The notes below the pieces were generated by a model, which searched no databases, was not told where the DNA came from, and was given only the letters and a program-made list of their open reading frames with translations. The translations under genes and the position numbers were made by a program. A stretch of DNA of 64,000 bases from Gammaproteobacteria bacterium (lineage in GTDB: Bacteria; Pseudomonadota; Gammaproteobacteria; Eutrophobiales; Eutrophobiaceae). Positions 52,897 to 63,726 of the stretch are shown here, piece after piece; the first letter of the stretch is position 1, and each line of letters opens with the position of its first letter. The stretch lies in contig CAXMWX010000009.1 in the NCBI GenBank assembly GCA_963422205.2, positions 1 through 64,000 of the forward strand, written 5' to 3'.

Positions 52897-53150
52897 TAGA
52901 TTCTTCGCTCGAAAACCTGTTCCCGACGTTTTCTACCTCGATAATGTGTTCCTGACATTCTCTACCTCCTACATCCCTGTAGTCGTTCGCTCAGAATGAC
53001 GTGCTGCTTGTCACATCCTGAGCAGTTGCCCTCCCTCTCGTCATCCTGAGGAACAAAGTGACGAAGGATCTATCACACAGAACCATAGATTCTTCGCTAC
53101 GCTCAGAATGACGGGTTACTGCCATCCTGAGCAGTCGCCCCTGCGTCATC
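52897..53150. repeat. Cluster of REP/MITE-like palindromic elements
   Basis: Full hairpin GTCATCCTGAG…GAAGGATCT / AGATTCTTCG…CTCAGAATGAC at 53040-53112; partial arms at ~52897-53000, ~53010-53022 and ~53121-53132; located between convergent genes. Confidence 0.7.
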
Positions 53151-54359
53151 CCACCCCACCTAATAGGCATACTCCAACCTGACAATCCCACTCAAGGCCC
53201 GCTCACTCACCTCCCCCACATCATGGTTGTATTCCACATCGACCAGCAGCTTGAGATTATCACGGAGCTCGTGCCGACCATCCACACCGACATACAGGCT
53301 GTGTACGCTCTTATCCGCATCGCTGGCATAGCTGAAGCTCGCCCCACTCAAAGTCCCTTCAAAGTCACTGCTGTCGGTGAAGCGGCTCTGTAATCCTAAG
53401 CGCAGCCCCAGCCCGCTGTTACTCTTCGGCAGCGCCCAGTCGCCACCCAGTTGCAGCCGGGTGGTCAGGTTATGGGCCGTGCGGCTATCAACGCTAAGAT
53501 TAAACCCCGCTGCCCCCCGCTCGGTGTAGTCCCCATAGAAGGCGGCGGTGTAGCTCATGCTCAGGGAGGGAGTGAGACGAAAGGTTGCCCGGCCGGACAG
53601 GGCCTCTACCCTATAGCTCTGGCTGACTGTCAGGGACGGGTTGATAAAGAAGCTGTGGGTGCTGGTTTCGGCAGTTTGTCTTTGCTGGGGGATAAAGCGC
53701 TGATTGTCATGCTCTTCATAGCCTAAGTTCAGCCCCACATCCACCGCCAGTCCAGCCAGGTCAAGACGGCCATACACTCCCCCGAAGAGGCTGCCGGTCT
53801 CGACATTCAGCGCCGTGATGTGGGTGCTGACATCGGCATCGGCATAGCCCAGCATCAACCCCAGCACGGCCTCCTGCCCATAACGCTGCTCGGCCCCGAA
53901 CAACACGCCCCGGTACTCATGGGAGTAGGACAGGGTGCGGCCATCCCGTCCCCGTTGCCGGTCAGAAGCAAACAATTCTCCCCAGATGAGCGGGTCTTCT
54001 CCCCTGGCCAGCATCCCCGGCAGCAGGGCGGTGGCGGCCACCTGCACCGGTGGGCGGGCAGCACGGCGATAAGCGGACAGCCGTTGACTGATGAGGGTGT
54101 TGATGGTGGTGGTCAGAGCGCCCACGGCAGAGGCTTGTACGGACGGGCCGGTGGGGTCAACATAGACATAGCTCTCGACCTGGCTCTGGAAGCGGTCACG
54201 GGCGGCTGCCCTGGCAGGCTCATCGGGCAGGGTGGTCGGGTCAGGGAGTGCTGGCGGGGTCGGTGTGACGGTGGCCGGTCGGGTGGCGGTGGCGGGCTGA
54301 CAGGCTGTCCCCGTGGCCTCACAATAGGCCGCCGCCAACACCGCAAAGTCGGTCGGGGA

Positions 54360-54610
54360 TGGGGGTGGGGGTGTGGCTGTGCCGCCTGTGGGCGGTGGTG
54401 TTGTGCCTGTCCCCGTGCCTGTGCCTGGGGTGGGCGGTGTCGTTGTCCCTGTCCCCGTGCCGGTGGTGAGCGGTGGGGGTGTGCCTGTGCCGCCTGTGGG
54501 CGGTGGTGTTGTGCCTGTCCCCGTGCCTGTGCCTGGGGTGGGCGGTGTCGTTGTCCCTGTCCCCGTGCCTGTGCCTGGGGTGGGTGTGCCTGGCGGTGGC
54601 GGGGTGATGG
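54360..54610. repeat. Low-complexity P/T/G-coding repeats with a 108-bp period
   Basis: Block at 54379 recurs at 54487. Confidence 0.85.
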
Positions 54611-55051
54611 GTTGGCTGTCCGTTCCCGTAGCAGGCGGCATGGGACCCACCGGAGCGACCGGCATCGGATTCACAGGAGTTATCGGCATTGGAGGCACTA
54701 CAGGAGGAACCACGGGAGCCGGTGGCTGAGGCATCGGAACCACCGGTGGCACTACCGGAGCCACAGGGCGAGGCGCAAATCCTCTTGCCCCATTGTTTTC
54801 GGTTATCGCCACTACCGGCAGGTTGGTCAGCAGTTCTGTCTCACCATTGACGTTCTCAAAGTTGCGGAAGCGGAAGATGGTGGTGGCACTGGCCTCGGTG
54901 AACAGTTGCAGGCCATTCAGGGTGTCCATGCCGGGGCCACCATCGGCCAGACCAAAGAAGCGCACATCGGCACTGGCAAAGGTCAGGGTATCATCGCCTG
55001 TCCCCAGGGTAATATCACCGACCAGCCGGGCATCCCCGTCCAGGATGACCG

Positions 55052-57398
55052 TATCATTGCCATCGCCGCCAGTGAGGTTGCCTGTGAGGGTACCGGCGCT
55101 CAGGGTGAAGCTGTCATCGCCCGCCCCACCATCAAGGTTGCCGGTGTGGTCGGTGCTGATGGTGAAGGTATCCATCATCGCCCCGCCGGTCAGGTTCTCG
55201 ATGTTGCGGAAGGTGAGGGTTTCCGCATTCTGTCCGCTGCCGGTGGTGTAGGTCGCATCCATGCCGCCGTCTATCTCCCAGGTGGCATCGGCATCATAGC
55301 CGGTGAGGGTATCCATACCCGTGCCGCCGGTCAGGGTGTTGATGTCACTGACCGTGCCGGTGATGCCGGTGGCCCCGCCCATGGTGGTGGTAAAGCCATT
55401 GGCGGCGCTGGAAGCCAGGGTCACGCTGACGGCCGTGCTGCGGTTGGCATAAGAGGGGGTGTCGCTGTCCGCACCGAGGGACACATTGCCATTGAGGAAG
55501 CCGCCGGTGTTGAGGGTGAGGGTCAGCACATCATCGCCGGGCCCGCCGGTCAGATTGCCCGTGATTAGCCCGCTCAGGTTGAAGCGGTCATCGCCTGCCC
55601 CGCCATTGATGTCGATATCGTCGTTGAAGCCCACATTGAAGGTATCGTTGCCCGTGCCACCGGTGAATTGTTCAAAATGGAATAATCCCAGGCTGCGGGT
55701 GGTTGTGCCTTCGGTCACGGCATACCGTATGCCCTGGCTATCCGACGTCCAGGTGGCGTTCCGGTTCAGGCCGATCAGGTTGTGGACTGCGCCGCCGGTT
55801 GGGGGGTCGTTGGCAGCAAGTGAATTTACGCCCCGGAACCCGCCCGTAATCGCCGAGTGGGTGCCGGAAAAGCCGGTGGCATCGCTGCCGGTGAGGGTGA
55901 AGTCGCCCGAGCCCAGGTTGTTAAATTGCAGAAAATCCCCGCCGCCTGCCCCCAGATTAACGACACCGGTGAGGGTGACAGAGCCATAAAGGGCGACGAT
56001 GTCATCGCCCGCGCTGCTGTTGATATTGCCGCGGTGGTTGGTGCGGATCTCAAAGGTGTCCGCCATCGCGCCGCCGGTGAGGTTTTCAAAGCCGGAGAAG
56101 GTGAGGCTGCGCGCATTTTGCCCCGTGCCAGTGCCGTAGGTGTTGCCCGCTGTGGCGACTGTCCAGGTGGCGGCCACGTTATAGCCGGTGAGGGCATCGT
56201 CCATCGCACTACCAGCGGTCAGGGTATTCACACCAGTGAAGCCGCCGGTGTCGGTGGCACTGCCCGCAAAACCATCGGCATCGCTGCCGGTCAGGGTGAC
56301 GGCCACTATGGTGCTGCGGTTGCCGTAAGAGAAGCTGTCGCTGCCTGCACCGAGGGCCACGGTGCCAGTGAGGCTGCCGCCGGTGTTGATGGTAAAGGCA
56401 TCATCGCCATCCCCGCCGTTAAGGTTGCCAAACAGGGCGTTGCTCAAGGTAAAGACATCATCGCCTGCCCCGCCACTGAGGCTGCCGATGTAGAACGTAC
56501 TGACGTCAAAGGTATCGGCCATGGCCCCGCCGGCGAGGTCTTCAAAATTGGTGAAGCTGATGGTCGGGTTGCTGCTGCCCGCCGGGTCATAGGTCTCACT
56601 CGCCCCGCCATCCAGCGTCCAGGTGGCATCGGTGTTATAGCCAGTGAGGGCATCGTCCATCGCACTACCAGCGGTCAGGGTATTCACGCCGGTGAAGCCG
56701 CCGGTGTCGGTGGCACTGCCCGCAAAACCATCGACATCGTTGCCGGTCAGGGCGACGGCCACCATCGTGCTGCGGGCGCTGTAGTCCAGAGTATCGCTGC
56801 CCGCGCCCAAGCTGAGGCTGCCGGTGAGGCGGCCAGTGTCCTGCAAGCGCAGCAGATCATTGCCATCGCCGCCAGTGAGGTTGCCTGTGAGGGTACCGGC
56901 GCTCAGGGTGAAGCTGTCATCGCCCGCCCCACCATCAAGGTTGCCGGTGTGGTCGGTGCTGATGGTGAAGGTATCCATCATCGCCCCGCCGGTCAGGTTC
57001 TCGATGTTGCGGAAGGTGAGGGTTTCCGCATTCTGTCCGCTGCCGGTGGTGTAGGTCGCATCCATGCCGCCGTCTATCTCCCAGGTGGCATCGGCATCAT
57101 AGCCGGTGAGGGTATCCATACCCGTGCCGCCGGTCAGGGTGTTGATGTCACTGACCGTGCCGGTGATGCCGGTGGCCCCGCCCATGGTGGTGGTAAAGCC
57201 ATTGGCGGCGCTGGAAGCCAGGGTCACGCTGACGGCCGTGCTGCGGTTGGCATAAGAGGGGGTGTCGCTGTCCGCACCGAGGGACACATTGCCATTGAGG
57301 AAGCCGCCGGTGTTGAGGGTGAGGGTCAGCACATCATCGCCGGGCCCGCCGGTCAGATTGCCCGTGATTAGCCCGCTCAGGTTGAAGCGGTCATCGCC
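55052..57398. repeat. ~540-bp direct repeat pair 1803 bp apart inside the autotransporter
   Basis: 55053-55595 and 56856-57398 appear identical by eye. Confidence 0.9.
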
Positions 57399-59491
57399 CC
57401 GCCGGTCAGGTTCTCGATATTGCGGAAGCGCAGGGTTTCCGCATTCTGTCCGCTGCCCGTGGTGTAGGTCTCATCCATGCCGCCATCGAGCGTCCAGGTG
57501 GCATCGGCATCCCTGCCCGCTAAGGTATCCACCCCCGCACCGCCAGTGAGATTCTCAAAGTTGCGGAAGGTGAGCCTCTGCCCCTCTGCCTCATAGGTGT
57601 TAGCGCCCAGCGTCCAGGTGGCATCGGCATCATAGCCGGTAAGGGCATCGTCCGTGGCACTGCCAGCGGTCAGGGCATTGACGCCGGAAAAACCGCCGGT
57701 GTCGGTGGCATCGCCCGCAAAACCGTCAGCATCACTGCCGTTGAGGGCCACGCTCACCGCCGCACTGCGGTTGCCGTAGGAGAGGGTATCGCTACCCGCA
57801 CCGAGGTCAACATTGCCCGCGATACTGCCGCCGGTGTTGAGAATCAGGGTATCATTGCCCACCCCACCGGTGAGGCCGCCCGTGACTGCCGCGCTAAGGG
57901 CGAACATATCATTCCCTGCCCCGCCGGTCACCATGCCGGTGATGCTGCTGCCGGTGTTGAAGAGCAGCCTATCCGCCCCGGCGCCGAGATCAATATCGCC
58001 GGTGATAGCAGCGCCATTGAGCAGCAGCCGAATGCTGGTGTTACTGCTATCGCGAATGGCGGCGGCGATACCGTCGGTGCTGATCCCGCCGGTAATGCGG
58101 ATTTCGCCGCCGTTGGTTGTATCGCCATCCACATCGGCCAGGGCGAGGTTGGCGTCACTAAGTTGCAGGCCCACCGCATTGGCACCGGTGACCTCGATAC
58201 GCCCGCCTAAATCCAGCGCCACTGGGGCGGTATTGGTGGCACCAATGGTATTGTCAATCAAGATGCCGTGGGCGCCAGCGCCGGTGGTACTGATCAGGCT
58301 GTCGGCGTAGGTGGTGATGCGGCCGATATTGGTTGTCGCCGCGTTCCCGTCGGCAAAAAGGCGGATGCCGTGGGAGTCAGGGCCCTGGGTGAGAATACGG
58401 GCGTTATTGCTGGCGGTCGTCTCATCAAAGCTGATGCCAGTCCCCGAAGTACCTAGGGTGATATTGGCGTTTTCCCCGGCAATGCTTATACCGTAACCTC
58501 TGGAGGTGCTGGCATTGGCGGGGCAGGCGGCGGTGTCCGCCCGCAGACAGGTGTTGGTTTCCAGCAGGCCACCGCTCATGATGTGGATGGTGGCATTATT
58601 AATAGCGCCAAAGTTCGTGCTCCTGATAGCGCTCCTGCCGCTGACTGCCCCCACCCTGCGGCCCTCGGTGGTGATGGTGCCGGCCACAGTGATGGTGACG
58701 TTGTTAGTACGGCTTCCAAATTCCACGGCATGGTTGTGGGTGCTGCGGATGCGCCCACCCATATCCAGGTTCAGCCTGGTATGAGCGCCCTCTATAAACA
58801 CCGCTGCGGAATCGTCGCCGGTGCTTTGCAAATCCAACAGGCCAGTGCTGCGAATGCGGACGGTGTTCGGATTGGTGCTCGTACCATCAGCTTGCGCCCA
58901 GAGCGCACTGCGACCAGAAGTGCTGCCCATCAGCCGCAGGGTGCCACTGATATCCAGGCTGAGGTCAGTGCCACTATTAAGATGCACGGCCTGCGGCCTG
59001 TTCACGCTATCGGCTTCCAGGGTTTGTCCTGTGGGTACGTTGCCGGTTTGATTGTTCCCATCCAGGGTGTAGAAGGGATTTCCGGTAGCATCCGGGGGTG
59101 TCGAGTTATCGCCTGCGGTAAAGGAAACGGCCAGAGCGGTGTTGCAAGGCCGGTCAAGGCAAAGAGACAGAGCAAATAGCCTGTGGCGCGGCGGGATTTG
59201 GTGGGGGAATGGGGGCGCTGTTCTGGATGGCAGCACTGCTTCCGGTTGTGAGATTTTTTAGGTAGGTTAGTTAAGCGCTTGTTTTTATTTGTGATTTCTG
59301 GGGGTGGGGGGGTAGATTGATAAACCGCAGGCAGTAGAGAAGCGGCGGCTCAACTGTTGATTATCTGGCACGGCGGTGGCGTCAAGGTGTTCGCTGGTGG
59401 GGTGGTTTATCATGGTCATGCTTATCATCGGTATCTGCATTGTTGTCTTAGCTCCGTTGTCGTTGTTTGATGCGCCACAGCAAATAAACCA

Positions 59492-59758
59492 TTATTTCTG
59501 AAGCAAAATAAATAGTATACCCGAGCTCAAGGCCAGATTAAAACCAATCATCCACTTTAGCAGACGTTGCTCTGCCTTTACGTCCTGTATCTCGTCTTTT
59601 AGCTTCTGAATATCCGCCTTGGTCGCCACCTGCGTATTCAGGGCTTCACTAAAAGCGCCCTGAATGGCGATGGCTTCGGCCTTGGCCTGCTGTTCAGGAA
59701 CGCCGGCCTGTTTCAGGGTCTCGGTAAACTTCAATGTGTCAAAGGCGACTTGGCTCAT
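59492..59758 (-). CDS. DUF1640/CCDC90-like coiled-coil protein with C-terminal TM
   Basis: AFDTLKF..TLKQAGV.EQQAKA, ATKADI, LKWMIG. Confidence 0.85.
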   Translation of the reverse strand: MSQVAFDTLKFTETLKQAGVPEQQAKAEAIAIQGAFSEALNTQVATKADIQKLKDEIQDVKAEQRLLKWMIGFNLALSSGILFILLQK

Positions 59759-59863
59759 AGGGTCATCGTCTCATTTTTGCAGTGGTGTTGGTTCGGGAAT
59801 TTGTCATGGTTGCTTTCCTGTCGTTTGTTGAATTTGGGTTATTTGTCATTGGTGCTTGTCGGG

Positions 59864-60316
59864 TTACTGGCTGAACAGCTTCCAGAACATGGCCAGGGTA
59901 AAAGCCAGATTGAAACCAACCATCCAGTGAACCAAATTAATCTTGGCCGTTAGTTTGGTGTCTACGGCGTCAATCCTGGCCGTTAGCTCGGTATCCACGG
60001 TGTCAATCCTGGCCGTTAGCCCGGTATCCAGGTTATCCATCCTGGCGCCCAGTTTGGTTACGTCATCCTTCAAGCCTTGCGTATCTTTTTTCACCTCGTC
60101 CTTGAATGCCTGCATGTCATCTTTTATCTCCTCTTTGAATGCCTGCACGTCGTCCTTCAGCTTCTGAATATCCGCCTTGGTCGCCACCTGGGTGTTCAGG
60201 GCTTCACTAAAAGCACCCTGAATGGCGATGGCTTCGGCCTTGGCGTGCTGCTCGGAGACACCGGCTTGTTTCAGGGTCTCGGTAAACTTCAATGTGTCAA
60301 AGGCGACTTGGCTCAT
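59864..60316 (-). CDS. DUF1640/CCDC90-like protein, longer paralogue
   Basis: Near-identical N-terminus to 59492-59758 plus 11-aa repeats (LTARIDxVDT). Confidence 0.85.
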   Translation of the reverse strand: MSQVAFDTLKFTETLKQAGVSEQHAKAEAIAIQGAFSEALNTQVATKADIQKLKDDVQAFKEEIKDDMQAFKDEVKKDTQGLKDDVTKLGARMDNLDTGLTARIDTVDTELTARIDAVDTKLTAKINLVHWMVGFNLAFTLAMFWKLFSQ

Positions 60317-60435
60317 GGGGTCATCGTCTCATTGTTGCAGTGGTGTTGGTGCGGGAATTTGTCATGGTTGTGCTGCTGCTGTTTGTCTGCTGTTCGTTGG
60401 GTTGGCTATTGTAGGTGAGTCTGGAATGATATCAA

Positions 60436-60723
60436 TCAGGCCACCGCCCTTGCCACAATGGCCTCGCGCAACCCGTCCAGCAGCCCTTCCAGGTGTGCCG
60501 TGCGCTCGCGCAACGCGTTGATGTCCTTGCGGACTGCCGTGATTTCTTCCTGCAAGCGATCTTCCATCTGCCGCATATCCTCACGCAGGACTTTCATATC
60601 CGTCTGCCATCGATCTTCCATGCGGCGGGTATCGGCTCGAAGCCAGGCCACCAAGCCAATCATCAGGCCGGCCAGGGATACTCCTGTGCCGACAGTCGTC
60701 ATCATCAAGGTCGCCATGTTCAT
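60436..60723 (-). CDS. Small N-terminally anchored coiled-coil protein
   Basis: TM helix followed by heptad repeats (RRMEDR/RQMEDR) and ERTAHLEG. Confidence 0.7.
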   Translation of the reverse strand: MNMATLMMTTVGTGVSLAGLMIGLVAWLRADTRRMEDRWQTDMKVLREDMRQMEDRLQEEITAVRKDINALRERTAHLEGLLDGLREAIVARAVA

Positions 60724-60974
60724 GTCTGTGGTCTCTTGTTACTCAACGTAACAGCCCGTGCGGTGTTATTTGTCATGGGCGCGGGTCGGGCGTTTTTGTT
60801 CGATCATTGTAAGGTCAAAGCACGGATAAAGGCAATCATGCTGGCGGCTTTCCAGGGTCATGCCTCAGTGGCACGATGGGCCTTGTTCTTGCAAAGTGTT
60901 CCAGCAGCAGGCCAAAAACCGCCTCATCATTCGGCAATCATGATCAGTATGCACGAAGTGAATGCTTACTTATA

Positions 60975-61640
60975 CTAAGAGATAAGGCAAGCAAGGTCGG
61001 CAAGCCGTTCTGGTGTGCCAATGTCATGCCACTGGCCGTGATACAGCTCGCCTGAGACCTGGCCTGCCGTTATCTGCTGGCGCAGCAGCGGTGCCAGTGG
61101 AAATGCCCGTTGCCTGACAGCGCTGAACATCTCCGGCGAGTAAAGCCCGATGCCGCTGAAGGTATACCGCTCAAGGCCCTGGTTCTGCACCCGGCCATCC
61201 TGCAGGGCAAAATCGCCCGCCGGATGCTGTTCAGGATTCGGCACCAGAACGAGATGCGGCGGCGTGATGGCAGCGCACAGCAGCCGTGCAAACGGGTAAT
61301 CCGTCCAGATGTCGGCATTGATAGCAAGAAAGGGGGCGCTGCCGAGATAAGGCAGGGCCTGTTTGATGCCGCCACCTGTCTCCAGCGGCTCATCGCCTTC
61401 GGGCGAGTAGCGGATGGTAACCCCGAAACGCTCGCCCGTGCCGAAGTGCGCCTCGATCATCTCACCATAGCGTGCGTGATTAATCACGATATCCCGTATG
61501 CCGGCGGCGACGAGGGCTTCGATATGATATTGCAACAGGGGTTTGCCAGCGACCTGCAACAGGGGTTTCGGCAGCGCATCGGTCAAGGGGTGCATACGGC
61601 GGCCCTTACCGGCGGCCAGCAGCATGGCCTTCATTATCAT
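60975..61640 (-). CDS. murU: N-acetylmuramate alpha-1-phosphate uridylyltransferase MurU
   Basis: MKAMLLAAGKGRRM.PLT…PKPLL, LETGGGI, WHDIGTPERL. Confidence 0.92.
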   Translation of the reverse strand: MIMKAMLLAAGKGRRMHPLTDALPKPLLQVAGKPLLQYHIEALVAAGIRDIVINHARYGEMIEAHFGTGERFGVTIRYSPEGDEPLETGGGIKQALPYLGSAPFLAINADIWTDYPFARLLCAAITPPHLVLVPNPEQHPAGDFALQDGRVQNQGLERYTFSGIGLYSPEMFSAVRQRAFPLAPLLRQQITAGQVSGELYHGQWHDIGTPERLADLACLIS

Positions 61641-61770
61641 CCATCCCTCCGCCTGGCGCAGGTTCTCTGATCCAACCGCAGCCAGAGCAATAACGCAAGA
61701 AAAACCGCACAGATGCTTTTACAGCAGCAGTGTATCTGGCATTATCGCTTAAAAAAGAGATACATACATC

Positions 61771-62730
61771 ATGTTACCTGCCTTTTTGTTCATGCTTGCC
61801 GGCCTTGTCTTTCTGGTATTTGGCGCCGATCGTTTCATCCTGGGCGCCGCTGGCACGGCCCGATGCTTAGGCGTTTCGCCGCTGATCATTGGCCTGACTA
61901 TCGTCGGTACAGCCACCTCGGCGCCGGAGGTGCTGGTTGGTGTGGTGGCAGCGCTGGACGGCAAGACCGCTATCGCCATCGGCAATGCCATCGGCTCGAA
62001 TATCGCCAATGTTGGCCTGGTGCTGGGCGCCACCGTGTTGTTCAAGCCGTTGCTGGTGCAATCAGACACGCTGCGGCGAGAATACTTGCTGATGCTTGCT
62101 GCCAGCCTGCTGGCGATGGCCCTGATGCTCGATGGCCGCCTGACTGCGCCGGACGGCCTGATATTACTCATCGCCCTGGGGCTGATGCTGGGCTGGGTCG
62201 TCTGGCTTGCCGGGCGCTCACAGCAGAATGATCCCTTGAAAAAAGACTTAGATCAGGAGTTTGGCAGCCGCCCGGATCTGGGCAAATCACTGCTGCTGGT
62301 GTTGTTCGGCCTGATTGTCCTGCTGCTGGGCGCTGAGATGCTGGTTGAGGGCGCCGTGTTTATCGCCCGCCGACTGGGCCTCAGCGAGCTGGTGATCGGG
62401 CTGACGATTATCGCTGTCGGCACCAGCCTGCCGGAGTTGGCCGCTTCCATTGCTGGCGTCATGAAGGGCGAGGCGGATATTGTCATCGGCAATATTATCG
62501 GCTCGAATATGTTTAATATGTTAATGGTGTTGGGCATTCCGGGTATCATCCATGAAGCTGATTTCGGCAGGGCTGTCATTTATCGTGATGCCGCCGTCAT
62601 GTTGCTGCTGATGCTCAGCATGGGCATCATGCTGTTACAGCACAGCAAAAACCGATTTGACCGGAAAGAGGGAGGGGCGTTGCTGCTCGTGTTCATTACC
62701 TATCAAACCCTGCTGTTAGTCAGCGCTTAA
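61771..62730 (+). CDS. yrbG: Calcium/sodium antiporter, YrbG family
   Basis: TSAPE / GTSLPE and GSNI/GSNM alpha-repeats; precedes kdsD. Confidence 0.93.
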   Translation: MLPAFLFMLAGLVFLVFGADRFILGAAGTARCLGVSPLIIGLTIVGTATSAPEVLVGVVAALDGKTAIAIGNAIGSNIANVGLVLGATVLFKPLLVQSDTLRREYLLMLAASLLAMALMLDGRLTAPDGLILLIALGLMLGWVVWLAGRSQQNDPLKKDLDQEFGSRPDLGKSLLLVLFGLIVLLLGAEMLVEGAVFIARRLGLSELVIGLTIIAVGTSLPELAASIAGVMKGEADIVIGNIIGSNMFNMLMVLGIPGIIHEADFGRAVIYRDAAVMLLLMLSMGIMLLQHSKNRFDRKEGGALLLVFITYQTLLLVSA

Positions 62731-62733
62731 CCC

Positions 62734-63726
62734 ATGCAGCAACAGGCAGATGATGACGCCACCGCCCGGCTGATTCGCTCAGGCCAGGCGGTGATTGAGA
62801 CCGAACAGCAGTCGGTTGCCCGTCTGGCGATTCGCATCGATGCCCGATTTGTCAACGCCTGTCGCTACATGCTGGCCTGTACTGGCCGGGTGGTGGTGCT
62901 GGGCATGGGAAAATCAGGGCATATCGCCAGTAAGATAGCGGCCACGCTGGCAAGCACCGGCACACCAGCCTTCTTTGTCCATGCTGGCGAAGCCAGTCAT
63001 GGCGATTTGGGGATGATCACGGCCAGCGATGTCGTCATGGCCTTGTCGAACTCTGGCGAGACCGAGGAGCTGATCACCGTGCTGCCCGTGATAAAACGGC
63101 TGGCCGTGCCCCTGATCGCCATGACGGGCAACCTTGGCTCAACGCTGGCCAGGGCGGCATCGGTCAGCCTGGATGTCAGCGTGAGCAAAGAAGCCTGTCC
63201 CCTGGGCCTGGCGCCCACGGCCAGCACCACGGCCAGCCTGGCGATGGGGGATGCGCTGGCCGTTGCCCTGCTGGAAGCGAGGGGGTTTGCACCGGCGGAC
63301 TTTGCACGGGCACACCCCGGCGGCAGCCTGGGCAGGAAATTACTGCTGCGGGTTGATGATATTATGCACAGAGGCAAAGACATACCGACAGTCGGCGAGC
63401 AGACACTTCTCAGCCGGGCGCTGCTGGAGATGACCGAGAAGGGCCTGGGCATGACGACCGTCACCGACAGGGGCGGGCAGTTGAGCGGTGTCTTTACAGA
63501 TGGCGACCTGCGCCGTACCCTCGATGGCGGCAAGGATATTCACAACATCAGGGTGGGCGAGGTGATGACGCGCCAGTACAAAACCATCCCCAGCCATGCC
63601 CTGGCCGCCGAGGCATTGCAACTTATGGAGCAATATAAAATCAACGCCTTGCTGGTGATAGACGATGGAGGCGCCCTGGCCGGGGTGTTGAACATGCACG
63701 ACCTGCTCAGGGCGAAGGTGGTATGA
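62734..63726 (+). CDS. kdsD: Arabinose-5-phosphate isomerase KdsD
   Basis: GMGKSGH, EASHGDLG, APTASTT, HPGGSLG, CBS pair. Confidence 0.97.
   Translation: MQQQADDDATARLIRSGQAVIETEQQSVARLAIRIDARFVNACRYMLACTGRVVVLGMGKSGHIASKIAATLASTGTPAFFVHAGEASHGDLGMITASDVVMALSNSGETEELITVLPVIKRLAVPLIAMTGNLGSTLARAASVSLDVSVSKEACPLGLAPTASTTASLAMGDALAVALLEARGFAPADFARAHPGGSLGRKLLLRVDDIMHRGKDIPTVGEQTLLSRALLEMTEKGLGMTTVTDRGGQLSGVFTDGDLRRTLDGGKDIHNIRVGEVMTRQYKTIPSHALAAEALQLMEQYKINALLVIDDGGALAGVLNMHDLLRAKVV

Larger units (their letters stand above)
53160..59440 (-). pseudogene. Large repeat-rich autotransporter adhesin, disrupted
   Basis: C-terminal beta-barrel ending in LEYAY, Pro/Thr/Gly linker, and many GGxGxDxF/L RTX-like repeats. 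Split into ORFs 57377-59236 and 53160-57332 by a frameshift at 57391-57398; the 5' region is also out of frame. Confidence 0.85.

Noticed and set aside
53820-57371. Long plus-strand ORFs (582 aa and 504 aa) opposite the autotransporter
   Set aside because: Antisense shadows of GC-rich repetitive coding sequence, with no recognisable domains.
59492-60723. Prophage
   Set aside because: No integrase, structural or replication genes nearby.
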